In this document: piece after piece, positions 45,390 to 55,215 of the stretch | Layout: each line of letters starts with the position of its first letter | Position numbering within the stretch: position 1 is the first letter of the stretch | Origin: Deltaproteobacteria bacterium | GTDB lineage: Bacteria > Myxococcota_A > Polyangia > Fen-1088 | Direction of reading: 5' to 3' | Assembly: GCA_033763315.1 (NCBI GenBank) | Contig: JANRKS010000011.1 | Coordinates: 32,001-96,000, forward strand | Length of the DNA stretch: 64,000 bases | Position numbers and translations under genes: made by a program | Notes under the pieces: generated by a model | Databases searched by the model: none | What the model was told of the DNA's origin: nothing | What the model saw: the letters and a program-made list of their open reading frames with translations, nothing else

Positions 45390-46997
45390 TTGAGGCATCG
45401 CTTGTTCAAGGTAAATAAATTTGCCGCCACCGCATTGTTGGCGATCTTGCCCCACAGTGTGGCGTTGGCCCAAGCCAAAGGCGCGCGTCCGGCGGCGCCC
45501 GCGAAAGCGGCCAAGGCCGACGCGGCCAGCGACGAACTCGAGGTGCCGGCGGGCGCGGCGCCCTCGTTGGACGCGCAACTCGCGGAGGAGAAGCGCAGCC
45601 GCGAAGCCGCGGTGGCGGATGTGGCCGCGCAGCTCGCCGCGCAGAAGCAGGCGCTTGAAAGCCGCTTGGCCGAAGCGCAAGCCAAAGCGGCGGCGAATGA
45701 GGCAAAGCTGCAAGCCTTATCGGATGCGATGCAAGCTGAACGCGCGCAGCGCGCGGCCACACCCGCCCCACCGCCCCCCGTATGGCAAGGCGGACCCATC
45801 AGCGATGTCGAGGGCTACTTGCCCCTGCCCCAAGCGGAGGGCTTGGTTGTGCGCGGCTTTTTGCAGGCGCAGTACGAACACTTCGCGGGGTCTGAAGATC
45901 AATTGCAGCAAGGCGGGCGTTATCTAAACGAAGATCGTTTCACCGTTCGCCGGGCCCGCGTGCGCTTGGATCGCCGCTGGCAGTATTCGGCCATCAGCGT
46001 TGAGTTGGATGGCAACACCACGCGACGTTTGTCGTTCGGTTTGCGGCGCGCCGAAGGCAGTTTGTTTTGGGAAGGGAAGGGCGCCTCAAGGCCGCTGCTG
46101 GCGCTCAGCGCCGGTTTGATCGATGTGCCGTTCGGGTTTGAATTGCCGCAATCCGCGCGGCAACGTTTGTTCGCTGAACGGTCGGTGGTTTCGGAGGCGT
46201 TCTTTCCTGGACAGCCCGACCTCGGCGCACGCCTGACAGGCCGCTGGCGCGTGTTCAACCTTGCGGTTGCTGTCGTCAACGGCGAGCCTGTGGACGAACG
46301 CGAAAGCGCGCCCTTCCGCGGCGATCCCAACCAGGCCAAAGACGTCGTAGGCCGCGTGTCGGTGGATGCGCCTGTGTCGCCCGCCTTCACGATTGCCGGT
46401 GGCGCTTCGTTCCTCAGTGGCAAGGGCTTTCACCCGGGCACCGACGCGACGAAGTCCGGGACGCAATGGAACGACGTCAATCAAAATAGCTTGATCGATC
46501 TCGGCGAAATCACACCCGTGGCCGGCACCTCGGCTGTGCCCTCCGAAAACTTCAAACGTTGGGCGTTGGGGGCCGATCTGCACAGCTCGCTGCGCACAGG
46601 ATACGGTTACACGCGCCTGTTTGCCGAAGCCGTGGTGGGCAGCAACATGGATCGCGGCTTGTTTGTGGCGGATCCCATCGCCAACAGCTTCGATGTGCGT
46701 GAGTTCGGCTACGCGGTGTCGCTTACGCAGGATTTGAAGAACCTCGGCATCTTGGGTGTGCGGCTGGACAGCTACAACCCCAACGCTGATTTCTTTGACA
46801 GCCGCAGTGGCAAATTGGTGCCCACGAGGCAAACCATCACAACGGTGTCGCCGGTGGTGGGCGTCAATGTTGGCGCGCACGCTCGGTTGAGTGCGCAATA
46901 CGATTTCATTCGTGACAAGTACGCGCGCGACGATCGCGGTGTGCCCACGGATTTCTCAAACAACCGCTTCACGCTTCGTTTGCAGGTGGATCTATGA
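45390..46997 (+). CDS. Outer membrane porin (OprO/OprP-like) with N-terminal coiled coil
   Basis: Signal peptide, Ala/Glu/Gln coiled coil, FTVRRARVRL, GLIDVPFGFE, ERS, KDVVGRV, C-terminal LRLQVDL. Confidence 0.75.
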   Translation: MRHRLFKVNKFAATALLAILPHSVALAQAKGARPAAPAKAAKADAASDELEVPAGAAPSLDAQLAEEKRSREAAVADVAAQLAAQKQALESRLAEAQAKAAANEAKLQALSDAMQAERAQRAATPAPPPPVWQGGPISDVEGYLPLPQAEGLVVRGFLQAQYEHFAGSEDQLQQGGRYLNEDRFTVRRARVRLDRRWQYSAISVELDGNTTRRLSFGLRRAEGSLFWEGKGASRPLLALSAGLIDVPFGFELPQSARQRLFAERSVVSEAFFPGQPDLGARLTGRWRVFNLAVAVVNGEPVDERESAPFRGDPNQAKDVVGRVSVDAPVSPAFTIAGGASFLSGKGFHPGTDATKSGTQWNDVNQNSLIDLGEITPVAGTSAVPSENFKRWALGADLHSSLRTGYGYTRLFAEAVVGSNMDRGLFVADPIANSFDVREFGYAVSLTQDLKNLGILGVRLDSYNPNADFFDSRSGKLVPTRQTITTVSPVVGVNVGAHARLSAQYDFIRDKYARDDRGVPTDFSNNRFTLRLQVDL

Positions 46998-47968
46998 AAC
47001 GGTCACTCTTCGTTGTGACGGTGCTCGGCTTTGCCGCGTGCGGTGGCGTGGAATCGGGCTCAGGCCTCGATCAGCCGCTCGTATTGCACCCGGCAAGTCC
47101 CAAGTTGCCAGTGCCTGTCTTCAAAGAAGGCCCGCTGCCAGGCACACCGCCGAAGGCGGTGGTCAGCGACGCTGAACCGCTGCGCATCACCGGGTTCGAA
47201 GATACGTCGGGCCTGGGCTTCGTCGGCGAATCGGGCCGCTCGCTCGCAGGGCGGGCCAGCCCCGATGCGGTCGCGGTGGCGTTGACGCTGGCCAATCAAG
47301 GCACGGGGTATTGGTTGTTGCCCGTCGCCGGTCCCGATCCCACCAGCAACAATGAACTGACGTGGAAGGTGTTGTTGGATGTCACCGATGTGGCCATCGC
47401 TGGTCCCGGTAAGATTCGCGTCGTCGCGATCGGTGCCGATGGCAGCGCCGGCACGCAGACGGATGCGTCGTTCTGCGTAGGCAGTGCCGTGCCCGACAAC
47501 TTGAACTCGTGCAACCCAAGCGTGGCGCCGCCCGCCGCGGTTATCTCTTTGAATTGGGACACGGCTGCCGACTTGGATCTGGTGGTGATCACGCCCACGG
47601 GCCAAGTGGTGAGCCCCAAATCGCCCAACACAGCCGGCAAAGGTGCCAGCGCCGAACAGATCGCCGCGGGAGGCGTGTTGGATTTGGACGCGCAAGCCGG
47701 GTGCCGCTTCTTCGGTCGCCGCCGCGAGAACCTCGTGTTTCAAAAGCCACCGCAACCAGGCCTTTACAACTTCTACGTCAATGTCTTTGACGGCTGCCGG
47801 GCCAGCCAAGCGCACTACGGCTTGGGTGTGTACACCCCGCAAGCCACAGGCCCGGGCACAAGCCGCGTGGTGGAACAGCAAATCATCCGCGGCCAAGTGC
47901 TTACGGCCACGGCCAATGGCGGCGCAGGCAAAGCGCCCGGACTCTTTGTCGGCTCGTTCGTTTTCTAG
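46994..47968 (+). CDS. Lipoprotein with YfaP-like C-terminal motif
   Basis: Lipobox FAAC; SLNWDTAADLDLVVITPTG, LDLD, RENL. Confidence 0.75.
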   Translation: MKRSLFVVTVLGFAACGGVESGSGLDQPLVLHPASPKLPVPVFKEGPLPGTPPKAVVSDAEPLRITGFEDTSGLGFVGESGRSLAGRASPDAVAVALTLANQGTGYWLLPVAGPDPTSNNELTWKVLLDVTDVAIAGPGKIRVVAIGADGSAGTQTDASFCVGSAVPDNLNSCNPSVAPPAAVISLNWDTAADLDLVVITPTGQVVSPKSPNTAGKGASAEQIAAGGVLDLDAQAGCRFFGRRRENLVFQKPPQPGLYNFYVNVFDGCRASQAHYGLGVYTPQATGPGTSRVVEQQIIRGQVLTATANGGAGKAPGLFVGSFVF

Positions 47969-47986
47969 GTTGGAAGGAACATCGTC

Positions 47987-48718
47987 ATGATCGATAAACT
48001 CTTACAAATTGCACTGCTCGGCAGCACGTGGGTGCTGTACCTCCTCTTGTTCTTGTCGGTGGTTTCGATCGCCGCGATGGTCGAGCGCTGGTGGTTCTTC
48101 CGCGTTCACAGCGACGACGGCGAAGCGTTGCGTGGACGCATTTCCAAAGCGCTTCTGGCAGGCAAGTGGAGCGAAGCCGAAGCCGCTTTTGCCGCCAGTC
48201 GTGGTTTGCCTGCGAAGATCATCTCGCCCGCGCTCGCCTGGCGCGACGGCGGCGCGGAAGCCGTCACCGACGCCGTCGACAGCGAGCTGGGGCGCGTGCG
48301 CAAGCAGCTTGAGCGCGGCGCCTCGCTGTTAGGCACGCTCGGCAACAACGCGCCGTTTATCGGTCTCTTCGGAACCGTCTTAGGTGTTATCGAAGCGTTC
48401 CATCATCTTGGCGAAGGCGCTTCTAAATCAGCGATGAGCAACGTCATGAGCGGCATCGCTGAAGCGTTGGTGGCCACGGGCGTGGGCATCTTCGTGGCTT
48501 TGCCCGCCGTTGTGGCGTTCAACTTGATTCAAAAGCGCATCGGCGAGGTGGAAGCCGAGACAACGTCGCTGTCGAAGTTGGTGACCGCCTACCTCAAGAA
48601 GGCGCAGCGTGAAGGCGTGGTGATCCCCGCGTCGCACGCGGTCGCCGTTGAGCCGAACGCGCAGGCCGCGGCTGAAACCAACAACCCCGGCAACGCGCGC
48701 GTTGCTTTGGCTGATTAG
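47987..48718 (+). CDS. exbB: ExbB/TolQ proton channel
   Basis: NNAPFIGLFGTVLGVI, GIAEALVATGVG. Confidence 0.92.
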   Translation: MIDKLLQIALLGSTWVLYLLLFLSVVSIAAMVERWWFFRVHSDDGEALRGRISKALLAGKWSEAEAAFAASRGLPAKIISPALAWRDGGAEAVTDAVDSELGRVRKQLERGASLLGTLGNNAPFIGLFGTVLGVIEAFHHLGEGASKSAMSNVMSGIAEALVATGVGIFVALPAVVAFNLIQKRIGEVEAETTSLSKLVTAYLKKAQREGVVIPASHAVAVEPNAQAAAETNNPGNARVALAD

Positions 48719-48726
48719 GACGTCAC

Positions 48727-49128
48727 ATGGCTGGTACAAACGCAGGCCGCGGCCCGATCGTTGGCATCAACGTCACCCCTATGGTTGACGTCGTGTTGGT
48801 GTTGTTGGTCATCATGATGGTGTCGGCCACATACATTGTGGCGCAGAGCCTCAAGGTGGAATTGCCGAAGTCGTCCACGTCGGACGAATCCACGCCCACG
48901 CTGGCGGTTGTGACCATCACCAAAGAGAAGACGCTGCTGTTCAACGAGCAGCCTGTCACCGAGAACGATCTCAAACAAAAGCTGGAAGGCGTATACGCCA
49001 AAGACAACGATGTGAGTTTGGTGGTCAGCGCCGATCAAGAGGCGTATCACGGCAACGTCGTGCACGTGATCGATTTGGCCAAGCTGATTGGCATCACCAA
49101 GTTCGCGATCAACGTGGAACGCAACTAG
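48727..49128 (+). CDS. exbD: ExbD/TolR protein
   Basis: INVTPMVDVVLVLLVIMMV, SAD..HGNVVHVIDL. Confidence 0.92.
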   Translation: MAGTNAGRGPIVGINVTPMVDVVLVLLVIMMVSATYIVAQSLKVELPKSSTSDESTPTLAVVTITKEKTLLFNEQPVTENDLKQKLEGVYAKDNDVSLVVSADQEAYHGNVVHVIDLAKLIGITKFAINVERN

Positions 49129-49142
49129 CGGCCGGTTCATTC

Positions 49143-49826
49143 GTGCGTATCTCGATCATCATCTACGGCGTGAGCCTGGGGCTGCACGCGGCGCTCGCGG
49201 CCTCGGTCGTGTCGCTCAAGCCTGCGGTCAAAAAGCGGCCGCCCACGGCGATCGCGATACGCGAGGTCAAGCGCAAGCCCGCCACGCCGCCGCCCGAGCC
49301 ACCGCCGCCTGAGGCACCCAAAGCCGAGCCACCGCCGCGCAAGGCGCCTCCTGTGGCCCGCGCCGCGACGCCCCCCCCGGCCGCCGCGCCCGCCGCTGCG
49401 CCTGTGGCGGCCGTTCCTGATTTTGGTTTGGCGCTGGGCGGAGGCGTGGGCGCGGGCCTCGCGGTGCCACCCCCACGCGAGGGGACAACTCACGAGCCCA
49501 CACAAGCCAAGCCCAAAGTGCTGGAAGCCGCGCCGGCACAAGGCGGGTGCAACGAAGATCCTGTGAAACCCAAGCCCGTGAACATCGTTCAACCTTCGTA
49601 TGCCAGCGAAGAAGCGCGCGCCGCGGGTATCGAAGGCAAAGTTCGCATTGAAATCACCGTGGGCGTGGACGGCACGGTCAAGAACGCCAAGTTGATCTCG
49701 GGCCTCGGGTACGGCCTGGACGAAGCCGCGCTTGAAGCCGCACGCGCTTCCACGTTCGAGCCGGGCACGCGGTGCGGGCAGCCGTCTGAGACCACGTTCA
49801 CCATGGGCATCCGCTTTTCGCTTTAA
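49143..49826 (+). CDS. tonB: Energy transducer TonB
   Basis: SLGLH TM motif, Pro-rich linker, ARAAGIEGKV..GLDEAALEAA. Confidence 0.9.
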   Translation: MRISIIIYGVSLGLHAALAASVVSLKPAVKKRPPTAIAIREVKRKPATPPPEPPPPEAPKAEPPPRKAPPVARAATPPPAAAPAAAPVAAVPDFGLALGGGVGAGLAVPPPREGTTHEPTQAKPKVLEAAPAQGGCNEDPVKPKPVNIVQPSYASEEARAAGIEGKVRIEITVGVDGTVKNAKLISGLGYGLDEAALEAARASTFEPGTRCGQPSETTFTMGIRFSL

Positions 49827-49833
49827 CCAGTCA

Positions 49834-52572
49834 ATGAAATTTTCCCACCGCCTACAGTCACTTGTGTGGCTGCTGATCTTCTCTTCGGGTGCGTCTGTTG
49901 TGGCGCCACAACGCGCGCGCGCCGCCGATGAGGCACCAGCCCCGCCGGCGCCGAAGCTGACCAAGCCTCCGGCTTTGCTCACGTTTGTTGAAGCCGTTTA
50001 TCCCGAGGAAGAAAAAGCCGCGAACCGCAGCGCTTCGGTTGTGTTGCAAGTGGTGATCGGCGCCGATGGCAAAGTCACGGAAGCCACAGTCTCGCAATCG
50101 GCTGGGGCGGCCTTTGACGCTGCGGCGCTGGCTGCCGTGAAAGCGTTCGTGTTCAGTCCGGCGGAGATCGATGGCGTGCCGTCGCCCATCCGCATTCTTT
50201 ATAAGTACGACTTCGTGCTCAAGGCCGCCGTCAAAACCACGGCTGATCTTTCGGGCATCGTTCGCAACCGCAAAACCAAGAAGCCCTTGCCCAATGTGGC
50301 TGTCACGGTGGGACAGGCCAAGACCACCACAGGGCCCGATGGGCGTTTCGAGGTGTTGGATGTGCCGCCCGGAAAAGTGGCGGTCGCGTTTGCGGGGCCC
50401 GGAATCACGGCGTCACGGACGGAAGAAACGCTTGAAGCCGGTAAGAAGACGGACGTCATCTATGACGTGTCACCAGAAGAGGTGGTGGATCCCGCCGACA
50501 AAGACGATCTGGAAATCGTCGTCATCGCGCCGCCCTTGCAAAAGGCCGTGGCGTCGATCCAAATCGCGGCCGATCAAGGGCGCAAACTTCCGGGCACACA
50601 AGGCGACGTGTTGAAGGTCGTTGAAAGTTTGCCGGGCGTGGCGCGCTCGTCGGCGGGCTCGGGCCAACTGGTGGTGTGGGGTGCCTCGCCGCAAGACACG
50701 CGCGTTTACATCGATGGCGTCCGCATCCCCGCCCTTTACCACACAAGCGGTTTGCGTTCGGTGGTGGCCGGCGAATTGGTGAAGAACATCGAACTTGTGC
50801 CGGGCGGCTATGGCGCTTCCTATGGCCGCGGCTTGGGTGGCATCGTGCTTGTGGAAAGCGCTGCTCTAGAGGGCAATGGAACACACGGCGCGGCCACCGT
50901 TGATTTGCTGGACGCCGCGGCCACCGTGCGCACGCCCTTGTCTTCAAAGTGGCGCCTCGCGCTTTCGGGCCGCTGGAGCTACCTCGACCGCGTGCTTGAA
51001 ACCGTCAGCGATGAAGACGTGGGTGCGTTTTATCCGATCCCGCGTTACCGCGATGGGCAAGTGCGTTTGGCGTATGTGCCGTCAAAGCGCGAGCAGATTG
51101 AATTTGTGAGCTTGGGCTCCAGTGACAAAGTCACGCGCACCGTGCAAAGCCCTGACCCGGCACTCACCAAGCGCGATGATCGCGACACGAACTTTTACCG
51201 TTTCTACATGCGGTATAGCCGCGATCTCGACGATGGCGCCCGCGTCTCGGTTGTGCCGTTCTTTGGCCAAGATCGCACGCGTCTGCAAAACCAGTACGGC
51301 GGACCCGTGGCGACACTGGACACCACGTCCACCATCTATGGCTTTCGCGGCAATTGGCGCGCACGTGTGGCGCAACTGCTAACCGTTACGTTGGGCTTGG
51401 ACGCCGAAGTTGTGCAGGCGGCGGTGTCACGTACGGGATCACCCACCTTGCCGCCGCGCGAAGGTGATTTGCGCGTGTTCGGCCAATTGGCTCCAAACGA
51501 GCTCAATTCCGATACGTGGAACGCTTTTGTGGCCAGCGCCGCGCCTTACGCCGAGCTTGACATCACGCCGCTTGGCGACCGTCTGCATATTATCCCCGGC
51601 ATTCGTGTGGAACCTTATGTGGTCGGCGCCAGCCGGCAAACCCCGCGCGTGGGCGATACACCATCGATTGGTTTGCTCACGCAAGACACCACGGTGCAAC
51701 CGCGTCTGACCGCGCGTTTCGATGCGACGAAGTGGATTACCTTTTCAGCCTCTTACGGCCAGTATCGACAGGCTCCCCAGGCCGAAGATCTTTCGGCCGT
51801 GTTTGGCAACCCACGCCTTACCCTTTCGGAAGCCCGCCACCTGGTGTTTGGCGCAAACATCCGCTTGGGCGAAAAGCTTTCCGCAGAACTGACAGCGTTT
51901 CGCTCCGACAGCCACAACCTAGCCGTGCGCAGCCCGCGCGAACAGCCCTTCTCAGGTGAGGCGTTGTTGCCGCTTGGCAAAGGCAAGACGGTTGGTGGCC
52001 AAGTGCTGCTCAAACAAACGTTCTCCAAAAGCTTGTTTGGCTGGGTCAGTTACAGCCTGTTGCGTTCACAGCGCATCGATCCGGTGGCCAGCGATCAGTG
52101 CAGCGATCCCGCACTGCCCTTGGCCGACTGCCGCTTTCCCAACAGCACGGTGTTCAGCTATACGGTCAACCGCACCCGCTTGTTTGACTACGATCAAACG
52201 CATCTGCTTACCGCCTTGGCGTCATGGGACATCGGCCGCGGTTTCAACTTGGGCGCGCGCTTTCGCTATGCCACGGGGTACCCACGAACGCCGGTTGTCG
52301 GATCGTTTTATGACGCGCGCCGCGACGCTGTGCAGCCGCTGTTTGGCGCACAAAACAGCATTCGCATCCCGGCCTTCTTGCAGGCCGACGTGCGGCTCGC
52401 GAAAACGCTGACGCTTGCGAAGGGCAGTGATTTGGAGCTGTACCTCGATGTGCAAAACATCACGAACCGGCAGAACGCCGAGGAAATTGCATACAGCCCT
52501 GATTACGCGCGCAAAGCTCGCATCACAGGGTTACCCCTTTTGCCCGTGGTTGGCGCGAGGCTCACATGGTGA
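49834..52572 (+). CDS. TonB-dependent receptor with N-terminal TonB C-terminal-like and Ig-like domains
   Basis: YPEEEK..FDAAALAAVKAFVFSPA; TGPDGRFEVLDVPPG; plug PGTQGDVLKVVESLPGVAR; FDYDQTH; C-terminal W. Confidence 0.9.
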   Translation: MKFSHRLQSLVWLLIFSSGASVVAPQRARAADEAPAPPAPKLTKPPALLTFVEAVYPEEEKAANRSASVVLQVVIGADGKVTEATVSQSAGAAFDAAALAAVKAFVFSPAEIDGVPSPIRILYKYDFVLKAAVKTTADLSGIVRNRKTKKPLPNVAVTVGQAKTTTGPDGRFEVLDVPPGKVAVAFAGPGITASRTEETLEAGKKTDVIYDVSPEEVVDPADKDDLEIVVIAPPLQKAVASIQIAADQGRKLPGTQGDVLKVVESLPGVARSSAGSGQLVVWGASPQDTRVYIDGVRIPALYHTSGLRSVVAGELVKNIELVPGGYGASYGRGLGGIVLVESAALEGNGTHGAATVDLLDAAATVRTPLSSKWRLALSGRWSYLDRVLETVSDEDVGAFYPIPRYRDGQVRLAYVPSKREQIEFVSLGSSDKVTRTVQSPDPALTKRDDRDTNFYRFYMRYSRDLDDGARVSVVPFFGQDRTRLQNQYGGPVATLDTTSTIYGFRGNWRARVAQLLTVTLGLDAEVVQAAVSRTGSPTLPPREGDLRVFGQLAPNELNSDTWNAFVASAAPYAELDITPLGDRLHIIPGIRVEPYVVGASRQTPRVGDTPSIGLLTQDTTVQPRLTARFDATKWITFSASYGQYRQAPQAEDLSAVFGNPRLTLSEARHLVFGANIRLGEKLSAELTAFRSDSHNLAVRSPREQPFSGEALLPLGKGKTVGGQVLLKQTFSKSLFGWVSYSLLRSQRIDPVASDQCSDPALPLADCRFPNSTVFSYTVNRTRLFDYDQTHLLTALASWDIGRGFNLGARFRYATGYPRTPVVGSFYDARRDAVQPLFGAQNSIRIPAFLQADVRLAKTLTLAKGSDLELYLDVQNITNRQNAEEIAYSPDYARKARITGLPLLPVVGARLTW

Positions 52573-53615
52573 AACGTATCGGCTTGGCTTTGCTTTTGGT
52601 GTCCGCGTGCGTGCCTGATCTCGAGGATACGTCGGCGTTGGTGTCGGGCCCGCGCTTGTTGGCCGTGGCGATGGATCCACCGGAGGCACCCGCGGGGGCG
52701 CAGGTCACGTGGCGTGCGCTTGACGTTACCCCCGAAGGCCCGGCGGCGCGACCGATTGATTGGGCGCTTTGCCAGGTGCGCAAGCCCGTCAGTGAAGCGG
52801 GCCCCATCAACCCCACGTGCTTGGTCGCCCTCGGGTCCGCGACGTTGTCTCCTCTGGGCACGGGGCCTGTGGTTACAGGCCGCTTGCCCAGCAACGCGTG
52901 CCAAGTGTTTGGTCCCGAAACGCCGTCGCCAAAGCCCGGCGAGCCACAAGCGCGTGAAGTGGATCCCGATAGCACGGGGGGCTTTTATCAGCCGTTGCGC
53001 CTTCGCTTGGGTGACACCGAAAGCTACGGTACGTACGACGCGCGTGTGCGTTGCGCCTTGAACAATGTGAACCCGCAACAAGCCAACGAGCTGCAATCGC
53101 GCAGCCATCCCAACACCAATCCCATTCTCACCAACTTCGCCGTTGTGAACGAAGATGGTTCGGCGATCACGCTCGTGCCCACCGAAGTGGCTGACGAGGC
53201 GAGGGCATTGATCCCCGCAGGCCAGCCGCTTCGCTTTCGCGCCACCTGGGGCGCGTGCCCGGCCGTGGACGCGTGCGGTGATGGCTTTTGCGGCATCAGC
53301 GAAACGGTTGGTAAGTGCGCTGCTGATTGCCAGAACCCCAAGCCGTGCGGCGGTGCCGAGCCTTACCTGTGGTTCAACCCAGCCACGCGCGAACTTGTGC
53401 AACGCAAAGAGGTGATGCGCGCTTCGTGGTTCGCGAACGCCGGCACATTCGCAACGGGACGCACAGGTCGTAGCGAGGATGAGGCCGCCCTCACGAACAC
53501 GGAAAACACATGGACCCCACCTGCGGCACCCGGCACGGTGGCGCGGTTGTGGATCGTCTTGCGTGACGACCGCGGTGGGGCCACATGGCAGTCTTTCGTG
53601 TTCGAGTTACGTTAA
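52566..53615 (+). CDS. Cys-rich lipoprotein associated with the TonB-dependent receptor
   Basis: Lipobox VSAC; PRLLAV..PPEA, NTNP, CGDGFC..ET...C..DC, LRDDRGG. Confidence 0.8.
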   Translation: MVKRIGLALLLVSACVPDLEDTSALVSGPRLLAVAMDPPEAPAGAQVTWRALDVTPEGPAARPIDWALCQVRKPVSEAGPINPTCLVALGSATLSPLGTGPVVTGRLPSNACQVFGPETPSPKPGEPQAREVDPDSTGGFYQPLRLRLGDTESYGTYDARVRCALNNVNPQQANELQSRSHPNTNPILTNFAVVNEDGSAITLVPTEVADEARALIPAGQPLRFRATWGACPAVDACGDGFCGISETVGKCAADCQNPKPCGGAEPYLWFNPATRELVQRKEVMRASWFANAGTFATGRTGRSEDEAALTNTENTWTPPAAPGTVARLWIVLRDDRGGATWQSFVFELR

Positions 53616-53624
53616 CCGCACAAA

Positions 53625-54038
53625 TTAGGATGCGGCGGTCCACTCACCCTTCAGGGCCGTACACTGCTTTTGCGCGGTTGTGGCCGTGGCCGTGGCGTCT
53701 TTGCCGTAATACAGGTTGTTGACTTCCTTGTCGGTGCCTTTGCCGATCACGCACGTGCCAACCCAATCCGCCTTTGGACACGCATTGGCGCTGAATGTGG
53801 TTTCGCCCAGCGTCTTGCACATCGGTTCCACTGTGGCGGCAGTGAAACTTGCACCTATGAACTCCTTGCAGAAGCCGCCCTTTGAATTGTCGCAGCTGCC
53901 TATGACCTTGGCCGCGCCACTGGCGCCACCGCCGCCGGTGCCCCCGGTGCCATCGCTGTTGCTGTCGCTGCCACCGCAAGCTGCCGCCGCGCCCACGGCC
54001 AAAGTGATACAAAATACTAAGCCAATACGTTCAAACAT
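53625..54038 (-). CDS. Small Cys-rich lipoprotein
   Basis: GGAGG SD; lipobox AAAC; Gly linker; six further Cys. Confidence 0.75.
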   Translation of the reverse strand: MFERIGLVFCITLAVGAAAACGGSDSNSDGTGGTGGGGASGAAKVIGSCDNSKGGFCKEFIGASFTAATVEPMCKTLGETTFSANACPKADWVGTCVIGKGTDKEVNNLYYGKDATATATTAQKQCTALKGEWTAAS

Positions 54039-54201
54039 CACTGCCTCCTGGCGAAGAGTAAAACGCCACCTTAGCACTAACCTTGGCGGGTTCTGTCAAA
54101 AACAACACACTCAACGTGACTGGTTTTACGCCAACCCGTTGATCTTCGTCGGCCGCTCGTCTAGGAGTAGGGCAGTCAATCTTCAGTGAGGAGCGGGGTA
54201 T

Positions 54202-55125
54202 ATGCGCATCGTACGTTTTCGCAAGCAATCTGGTGACACCACAAGCCGCATGGGCGTGCTGTCGGTGCAAGGTGATCAAATTCTCGACGTGAGTGCGATC
54301 GCAGCCGCACAAGGCAAGCATGTAACCGCTGAAGATCTGGCATGGTGGGATGTGGCCTCGCCCTTGGGCCGCCTCATGGATGCCGCGATCGAAGAGTGGC
54401 GCCGTGACGAGCGGGGCAAGGCAGCCTTGGCACAACATGGGGATCTGTTGCCGGCGTCGGCTGTGAAATTTTTGGCGCCGATCGCTCGCCCAGGCAAGGT
54501 GCTTTGCATTGGTCTCAACTACCGCGATCACGCCGCTGAATCGGGCATGGATGTGCCCACAAGCCCCATTTTGTTCTCAAAGTTCGGCACGTCGATTGTG
54601 GGACCTGACGACGCGGTTTTGATTCCCAAGGGATGCACGCAACCTGACTACGAGGCCGAAATGGCGGTGGTGATTGGTCGGCACGCCAAGCATGTGAGCA
54701 AAGAAGACGCCTATCAGTACGTGGCCGGCTACTGCTGCTTGAACGACGTCAGCGCACGGGATTTTCAGTTCGCCGATAAGCAGTGGGTGCGTGGCAAAGC
54801 GGCCGATACGTTTGCGCCCATCGGGCCGTTTGTGGCCACGAAGGATCTGATTCCCAACCCACACAAGCTGCAGATTCAGTTCCGCCTCAATGGCGAAACG
54901 TTGCAAAACTCAAACACCGAGCAATTGGTGTTTGGCGTTCCTGAACTCGTATCGTTCCTTTCGCAAAGCATGACGCTTGAGCCGGGCGACATCATCGCCA
55001 CGGGAACGCCGCCAGGTGTAGGTTTTGCGCGCAAGCCGCCCGTCTACATCAAGCCAGGCGATCGCATGGAAGTGGAAGTTGAAGGCCTGGGTGTGTTGGT
55101 GAACCCCGTGGCGGCAGCGCAATAA
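54202..55125 (+). CDS. Fumarylacetoacetate hydrolase family protein
   Basis: CIGLNYRDHAAE, DYEAE, NDVSARD, GKAADTF, TGTPPGVG. Confidence 0.95.
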   Translation: MRIVRFRKQSGDTTSRMGVLSVQGDQILDVSAIAAAQGKHVTAEDLAWWDVASPLGRLMDAAIEEWRRDERGKAALAQHGDLLPASAVKFLAPIARPGKVLCIGLNYRDHAAESGMDVPTSPILFSKFGTSIVGPDDAVLIPKGCTQPDYEAEMAVVIGRHAKHVSKEDAYQYVAGYCCLNDVSARDFQFADKQWVRGKAADTFAPIGPFVATKDLIPNPHKLQIQFRLNGETLQNSNTEQLVFGVPELVSFLSQSMTLEPGDIIATGTPPGVGFARKPPVYIKPGDRMEVEVEGLGVLVNPVAAAQ

Positions 55126-55215
55126 CATCGAGCGCGTCGAACCTCTCCCGCGGCAAAGCCAGCTTCATCTCAGGCAGGGCAGTCTAACTCTCGAACTGCG
55201 AGTGGATGTGCAGGA

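Noticed and set aside
43704-46997. Canonical Pst phosphate uptake system
   Set aside because: No pstCAB or phoU and no Pho box noticed; regulatory and compositional signals point to sulfur, though phosphate binding is not excluded
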